From assembly GCA_965230295.1 (NCBI GenBank), contig OZ246001.1, positions 2,816,001 to 2,880,000 on the forward strand: a DNA stretch of 64,000 bases. Direction: 5' to 3'. The notes beneath the pieces were generated by a model, which was given only the letters and a program-made list of their open reading frames with translations, ran no database searches and was not told where the DNA came from. Below, piece by piece: positions 58,815-64,000 of this stretch; position 1 is the stretch's first letter; every line of letters begins with the position of its first letter. Position numbers and translations under genes: made by a program. Origin of the DNA: Marinicella sp. (lineage in GTDB: Bacteria > Pseudomonadota > Gammaproteobacteria > Xanthomonadales > Marinicellaceae).

Positions 58815-59460
58815 TCTATAGTCAAGGAATGTTCTTGGGGCTCCATTCTGGTTCATGGTCTGACAGGTCTTCATATTTGCTGCGCAAATAAACCGACCTT
58901 TACAGACTATTGTTTGAGCAGTTGCTTCGCACTGCATGTCTGTTCCAAACAAAAGTGAAAACGACTGCTTACATGGATGTAAGTATGCAGCGATAGCAGG
59001 CAGGAATTGTTCCCAACAGTTCTCTGCATTCACCCCGTCCTGGGGATCGATGCGGTAGCTGCCGAGGCGAACATGACTTGCTACCTCGCACGCACTACGG
59101 CATTCAAATCGGGCTTCTTTATCTTCGATAAAACCGCCCAACTTTCATTACCTGTGCTATAACGCCATTCACATAAGGTTTCTTGACTTCGTCAAATCAC
59201 CATATGTTCATTGGCTATTCTCTTCGCCTCTGATTGGCTTACATGGAAGTAAGTCCTCTGAGGAGGCAGGATGCCGGTATCAGAGGTGACTACATGGATG
59301 TAGGTCTGCCGCGATAGCAAGGAGCGATAGCGGCCGCAACATCAATAGCTCACGGCTAATCAATCATTACATCAAGGCTTATTGACTCCGTCAAACCGCC
59401 ATGATTGCATGATTTGCCTAACCGGCTCGGCGGGTCAAGCTGCTCAGCAGCTTTCCTTTC
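58815..59460 (+). ncRNA. Structured modular non-coding element, copy B; candidate long ncRNA with CsrA/RsmA-type GGA hairpins
   Basis: TATAGT at 58817-58822, five GGA-loop hairpins on +, terminal hairpin AAGCTGC-TCA-GCAGCTT plus pyrimidines; homologous to 39130-39585. Confidence 0.6.
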
Positions 59461-59463
59461 TGA

Positions 59464-61350
59464 CTAAAAGTTGAAGGTTTTGGCCACTCTGAAGCCCAAG
59501 CGTGGATCAGTGAAGTCATTTTCTGCTTTCAGCCGATGATGGATGCGATATTCCTCAATGGCACTGCCCCAATTTCCGCCGCGAATGACCCTGCTTTCAC
59601 AACCGCGATTGACCCAGGCAGAGCCATCATTGGGTGCCCTCGTGTAGGAGTCATGCCAACAGTCATCAACCCATTCCATCACATTGCCACTGAGGTCATG
59701 TAAACCCAATAATGTTTTGATAAAAGTACCGGCAGGAGCAGGGCCCCAGAAGCCATCTTCGTAATTGCTGAAACCTTCACGCCATCTGATGCGGCTTTTT
59801 TTGAACTTGTCTTTGGCACCTGAGAAGTTGCCCCAAACTTGTGTGGGTTCTTCATTGCCCCAAGGGTACAAGGTGTTGTTGTCAGCACTGAGCAGGAATT
59901 CAAATTCGCTTTCTGACACCAAGCGATAATCTTCACCCGTTGCGGTACTGAGCCAGGCCGCATAGGCTTGGGCATCATTCCATGAAACATGGATCACTGG
60001 TAAATCCGGGCTGGCATTCTTGCCTAAATAGTCATGACGCCAGTTGACGTTGAATTTATTTTTGAATCGACCGGTCCTTTCATCATATATTTTTGCTCGA
60101 TTCGATTTTTCAGCCGTGGTTTTGTATTGTGAGGCATTGATGAATTTTTCAAAGTCTCCTACCGTGATTTCAAATTTACTGACGGCAAAGCCATAATCTA
60201 TGTTGACCAAATGACTTGGGCGTTGGTGCTTGGGTCCCGTTTGGCTGCCCATGAAGAAATCTCCCATCGGCATCACCACCATGGTAGGGCCTGTTTGGTT
60301 ACCAATGTTCAATAAATCATTGAATTCATCGCTGACATCAAATGGCCCATAATTTTCAGTTTTGTTGTATAAGGTTTGGTATCCAGTTAACTGACCGGCT
60401 GCTATTTCTAATTCACCCAATGCATCAATCATGTTGGCTGCCCGTGACATGTCTAAATTATTGATGGCGGCATAAAACTGTTGATCTAAATACGCGAATC
60501 GATTCTGTTTTTGGGTCTGGATGTCATTGATGGTTTTTACAGTGATGTTGTGATTGCCATCCAACTCATTCATGCGATCAACTTGCTGGTCAGCGATGCT
60601 GAAATCCAGTTCTTGTGCTGCCCTGAGTGCCGATTCACTTAACTGTTCCAGAACTTGGGTTTTTAGCGCATTCAAAGGTTGGTAGTTGGCGTCCATATTT
60701 TCTGCCACAATCAAAGTGTGCACAGCATCTTTTTGATCATCTTCATACAATCGGTTGTTGTTGATGTGGGTTGAGATTTCATCGCTCAGCCTTTCTAAGG
60801 TCACAATGACGCTGATGCGATCGGTGTAAGTTTGTATGCGGCTGTCATTGGCATCAATTGACTTCAATCTGGCTGTCAGGGCAGTCAGGGTTCTGGCATC
60901 ATAATCCCTGATGGCTTGTTCAGCTTGAGCATACAAAGAAGCATGTACTGTGGTTAACAATTCGTCCACTTCAGCAGATTCAACCCCCAGCTCTTTGGCC
61001 TTAAGGAGGTAAACCAAGGTGTTTTGGTTTTCTGGGAAAAAATCATGATCTTGTTCATGAGACAATCTGGCTAATTTCAGTAAATCATCAAGTGTCAGGT
61101 TGCTCAAGTCAAAGTCTTCTTTATTGGTTAACCAATCTGGAATTTCAACTTGTTCTAATACAGCTGTGGGTAATATTTTGGGCGCATCTACGGTATTGGG
61201 CGCGTTGGATTCAATCGCTGTCAGATTGGTGACAGGTTGGGTGGTGGAAGCGGCAAATACCTGGTCATGTGTTCTGAGGTAGTACAGACAGTAGACCAAG
61301 CCGAAACCCAGGAGCAACATACTGAGTTCTTTGAAGCTGATTACCTGCAT
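59464..61350 (-). CDS. Membrane-anchored protein with C-terminal FGE-sulfatase/SUMF1 (C-type lectin fold) domain
   Basis: F.MGS, FEITV..F..F, PV..VSW.DA.AY..W, GL.D.SGNV.EW, VIRGG.W, GFRV; the FGE catalytic Cys pair is not evident. Confidence 0.85.
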   Translation of the reverse strand: MQVISFKELSMLLLGFGLVYCLYYLRTHDQVFAASTTQPVTNLTAIESNAPNTVDAPKILPTAVLEQVEIPDWLTNKEDFDLSNLTLDDLLKLARLSHEQDHDFFPENQNTLVYLLKAKELGVESAEVDELLTTVHASLYAQAEQAIRDYDARTLTALTARLKSIDANDSRIQTYTDRISVIVTLERLSDEISTHINNNRLYEDDQKDAVHTLIVAENMDANYQPLNALKTQVLEQLSESALRAAQELDFSIADQQVDRMNELDGNHNITVKTINDIQTQKQNRFAYLDQQFYAAINNLDMSRAANMIDALGELEIAAGQLTGYQTLYNKTENYGPFDVSDEFNDLLNIGNQTGPTMVVMPMGDFFMGSQTGPKHQRPSHLVNIDYGFAVSKFEITVGDFEKFINASQYKTTAEKSNRAKIYDERTGRFKNKFNVNWRHDYLGKNASPDLPVIHVSWNDAQAYAAWLSTATGEDYRLVSESEFEFLLSADNNTLYPWGNEEPTQVWGNFSGAKDKFKKSRIRWREGFSNYEDGFWGPAPAGTFIKTLLGLHDLSGNVMEWVDDCWHDSYTRAPNDGSAWVNRGCESRVIRGGNWGSAIEEYRIHHRLKAENDFTDPRLGFRVAKTFNF

Positions 61351-62969
61351 GAGTCCCTGATGGTGTTACAAATCCTGAAGTCCCTGCTAGCATTCAGTCC
61401 ATTGGGTGCCTGTTTTAAAAGGTCAGTAAACAATGCTTTGACATGTGCACCATTAACAGCACAGTCAACTTGCATGCTTTCATTGATCATGGTGTATCCA
61501 TCATGATCGGTGTCTTTTGAAATCAGGTAATAGGGGACCACTGCACGTAATTTTTCTGATTGATTGGATTCAAGTTCCGGATCTGGTTGGTTCTTCAGGT
61601 GAATGTGTTCAGCTGTACCTTGTTCGGGATCGTGGATGTAAGCAAATCCGGCAATTTGCAACCAATGGCCATTGGCCGTCCAGCTGGATATGCTGTGAGC
61701 CAGGATGTCGCTCAACAAGCTGCTATCAAATTCAATCAGGCGCAGATCACTGGGGTATGGAAACATTTCTTCCAAATGCTTGATGGTGATGTCAGAACCA
61801 GCAGGGATGTTCTGATTAAGCCGAATTGAGCCTGAGTTCAATAACACCACATCGGCTTCACAAACCTTGAAATGATCCAGAACCATATCTGCCAAGGTGT
61901 TGCCTAGATTGGTTTCAAACCGTCTGATTTCAGTTTCTTCGGCAATTAACCTGTTATGGGTGACATTCAGGACAGCCGTCAAACAATCATCAGGTAAGTT
62001 TTTCTTTTGACAATATCGGCTGTCATTGGCATGACTGAGTGATTCAGTCAGCTGTAAAACAGCAACATCTTCAGGAAATTCTTGATCCAATTGGATCACT
62101 TGAGGTATGACCTGAATCTGATCACCCACGTTGATTTCAGCCACAATGGCTGATGCAGCATCTGCATCGGCTTTTAAAATCCAACGGCCGTTTACTTGCT
62201 CAGTCTGTACATAATGTTCATGACCACCAAAAATGATGTCTGGACGAATCTCAACAGGCAGTTGCATCATGGCCTTGTCGTCTGGCAGCCATTGATGCGT
62301 TAAAGCCATGACCAGTTCAGCACCTTGTGCTTTCAGTAAAGGAACGTAATGCGCTGCAGTTGATCTGAAATCACCAAAATGTTCGATGTATTCCGGATGC
62401 GCAATGTCAGTTGAGTGAGAAAACAAACCCACTTTCAGTTCACCAAATTGCATGATTTGACTGCGAGTCATATACTCTGATTCGATGCTGTTGGGTTGCC
62501 ACTGGATGTTACTGCCCAGCCAATTAAATTCTGAGTGGGCCAGTAAGTCATTCATCATTGGCACATGTCTCATGCCACCCTTATCGAATTCATGGTTACC
62601 CCAGGTGACCAACATGCGTTCATCAAAATGATTGGCCTGGCCGTCCATCATGTTCAATGTTTGGATCATGGCTGCGCCGTTGTCTTGTTTGCTGATGAAA
62701 GAAGGGTGAAGAAAATCACCGGCATGCAAAAACAACACATGTTCGTAGTTGGCTTCAACTTGTTTGCGCAAAGCCCTGACCCTGGCCAAACCGCCTGTTT
62801 GACCATTATCGATGCCAGCGATGCGGTACACATCGTTGATGGATATAACGGCCAGTTGCTTTGGAGTTGCCGTTTCATTATTCTGTTCAGCGGTTGGTTT
62901 TTTAGTTGCATGTTGGCAGGCAGAACATACAATGATGATCAGTATATAAAGTATGGAACGGTTTTTCAT
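61341..62969 (-). CDS. Bifunctional metallophosphatase / 5'-nucleotidase lipoprotein
   Basis: Lipobox CSAC, INDVY, AGDF, GNHEFD, LTH, GGHEH, NSGSIR. Confidence 0.9.
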   Translation of the reverse strand: MKNRSILYILIIIVCSACQHATKKPTAEQNNETATPKQLAVISINDVYRIAGIDNGQTGGLARVRALRKQVEANYEHVLFLHAGDFLHPSFISKQDNGAAMIQTLNMMDGQANHFDERMLVTWGNHEFDKGGMRHVPMMNDLLAHSEFNWLGSNIQWQPNSIESEYMTRSQIMQFGELKVGLFSHSTDIAHPEYIEHFGDFRSTAAHYVPLLKAQGAELVMALTHQWLPDDKAMMQLPVEIRPDIIFGGHEHYVQTEQVNGRWILKADADAASAIVAEINVGDQIQVIPQVIQLDQEFPEDVAVLQLTESLSHANDSRYCQKKNLPDDCLTAVLNVTHNRLIAEETEIRRFETNLGNTLADMVLDHFKVCEADVVLLNSGSIRLNQNIPAGSDITIKHLEEMFPYPSDLRLIEFDSSLLSDILAHSISSWTANGHWLQIAGFAYIHDPEQGTAEHIHLKNQPDPELESNQSEKLRAVVPYYLISKDTDHDGYTMINESMQVDCAVNGAHVKALFTDLLKQAPNGLNASRDFRICNTIRDSCR

Positions 62970-64000
62970 GACGAAGATTTTATCAAATTTTATCTGGGTA
63001 GATGACACCGATGGTGCATTAAATTTAGCGGCCAAAATAAACAGTGGTGCAGACTATGCGGTTGACACCGAGTTTGAACGCAGCCGCACTTATTATTTAA
63101 ACCCTGCATTGTTACAAATCAGTTGTGAAGGCACGATATATTTAGTTGATATTGCCATTCCAGATGTGGCCAAAACAGTTTTGCCAGCCATCAGAGGGTT
63201 GGTGTTACATGCCGGTTCAGAAGATTTGGAACTGTGGTTCCAAGTGACCCAAGAAAAACCAGTACGGGTTTTTGATACCCAAGTGGCCGCAGCCTTGTCT
63301 GGATATTCGCTCCACACTTCCTATTTGAACTTGGTACAAGAGTTGATGGGAATTGAGCTGGACAAAGCCATGAGTCGATCAGATTGGTTGGTCAGGCCCC
63401 TCAGTGATGCACAATTGCAGTATGCGGTTGAAGACATCATTTACTTGGAAGAATTCAGACACATCCTTACAAAGAAAATGGCAGAACGAGATTTTTCGGA
63501 ACTGTTTGCAGTGCTGATGGGACAAATGATTGCCAACATTGATCATGATGGCCACAATGAGAAAATGTTTCAAAAATTGGTCAAATCAGAGCGCCTCAAA
63601 CACCCTGAAGCCAGAAGGTTATGGGTGTTGCTCCATTGGCGTGATGATTTGGCAAAGTCAAGGAACAAGCCCAAAAACTGGATTTTAAACCCCAAGCAAC
63701 TGATGGCAGTGGTGAAGAAAGTCAGAACTTTCAGTGATTTGTTTCATCTGGGATTGCACCCTAAATTTGTGAAAATGAATGGAAAGAACCTGGTTAATAC
63801 ACTCACCAATGATTCACACCCTTGTTTGCAGAAGATACCTGCACAAATTAAACTGAATAGTCAGCAAGGGAGTCATTTGAATGCAATGAAACAACGGTTG
63901 AGTCAGGTGGCTGAACGCAGAGGAATAGAGCCCTCCATCATCATCAACACCCAATCATTAAAAAAACTGGCCTTTGAAGGGAAAGAACTGTCTGACTTAC
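62968..64000 (+). CDS. rnd: Ribonuclease D (DEDDy exonuclease + HRDC), 3'-truncated by the window end
   Basis: Not in the ORF track. ATG 62968: MTKILSNFIWVDD...AVDTEFERSRTYYLNPALLQI...LHAGSEDL...FDTQVAA...RSDWLVRPLS..QLQYAVED. Confidence 0.9.
   Translation, partial: MTKILSNFIWVDDTDGALNLAAKINSGADYAVDTEFERSRTYYLNPALLQISCEGTIYLVDIAIPDVAKTVLPAIRGLVLHAGSEDLELWFQVTQEKPVRVFDTQVAAALSGYSLHTSYLNLVQELMGIELDKAMSRSDWLVRPLSDAQLQYAVEDIIYLEEFRHILTKKMAERDFSELFAVLMGQMIANIDHDGHNEKMFQKLVKSERLKHPEARRLWVLLHWRDDLAKSRNKPKNWILNPKQLMAVVKKVRTFSDLFHLGLHPKFVKMNGKNLVNTLTNDSHPCLQKIPAQIKLNSQQGSHLNAMKQRLSQVAERRGIEPSIIINTQSLKKLAFEGKELSDL

Noticed and set aside
58755-59141. 128-aa ORF on the minus strand
   Set aside because: TTG start without RBS, atypical composition, lies in the structured element and is not preserved in copy A.
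58857-59424. CRISPR array or integron attC array
   Set aside because: Arms are degenerate, irregularly spaced and lack unique equal-length spacers or cassette ORFs; no cas or intI genes.
58815-59700. Diversity-generating retroelement (FGE/C-lectin target gene followed by hairpin-rich DNA)
   Set aside because: No template repeat matching the gene's 3' end, and no reverse transcriptase or Avd gene in the window. A remote DGR cannot be excluded.
180-63573. Numerous 60-220 aa antisense or alternate-frame ORFs in the track
   Set aside because: They lie within well-supported genes and show no motifs or RBS; treated as shadow ORFs.

Overview
Chromosomal window of about 43% GC from a gammaproteobacterium. 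Gene content and the C-terminal D-x-I-F/Y-x-x-x-F-E motif suggest a Marinicella/Xanthomonadales-like marine organism (inference). Most of it is housekeeping and envelope genes: a valine-catabolism operon (mmsA, acyl-CoA dehydrogenase, HIBCH, mmsB), catalase, yidD, dksA-prfB (programmed +1 frameshift)-lysS, ppnN, acetoacetate-CoA ligase, ada/alkA-ogt, alpha-2-macroglobulin-pbpC, an ECF sigma/HEAT anti-sigma/2xDUF4097 operon, tRNA-Leu(CAA), hpf-like, dps, 5'-nucleotidase and a truncated rnd. Several accessory genes are interspersed. The most striking unexplained feature is a pair of homologous ~450-640 bp non-coding elements 20 kb apart in opposite orientation (39130-39585 and 58815-59460). They are built from the same structured modules in a different order and show clear compensatory base changes. 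One strand folds into repeated arms with G-N-A triloops, G.T wobbles and purine-rich internal loops (ssDNA-like). The other strand carries CsrA/RsmA-type GGA hairpins. No transposase, integrase or reverse transcriptase is encoded in the window. All calls come from reading the sequence; no database searches or folding programs were run.
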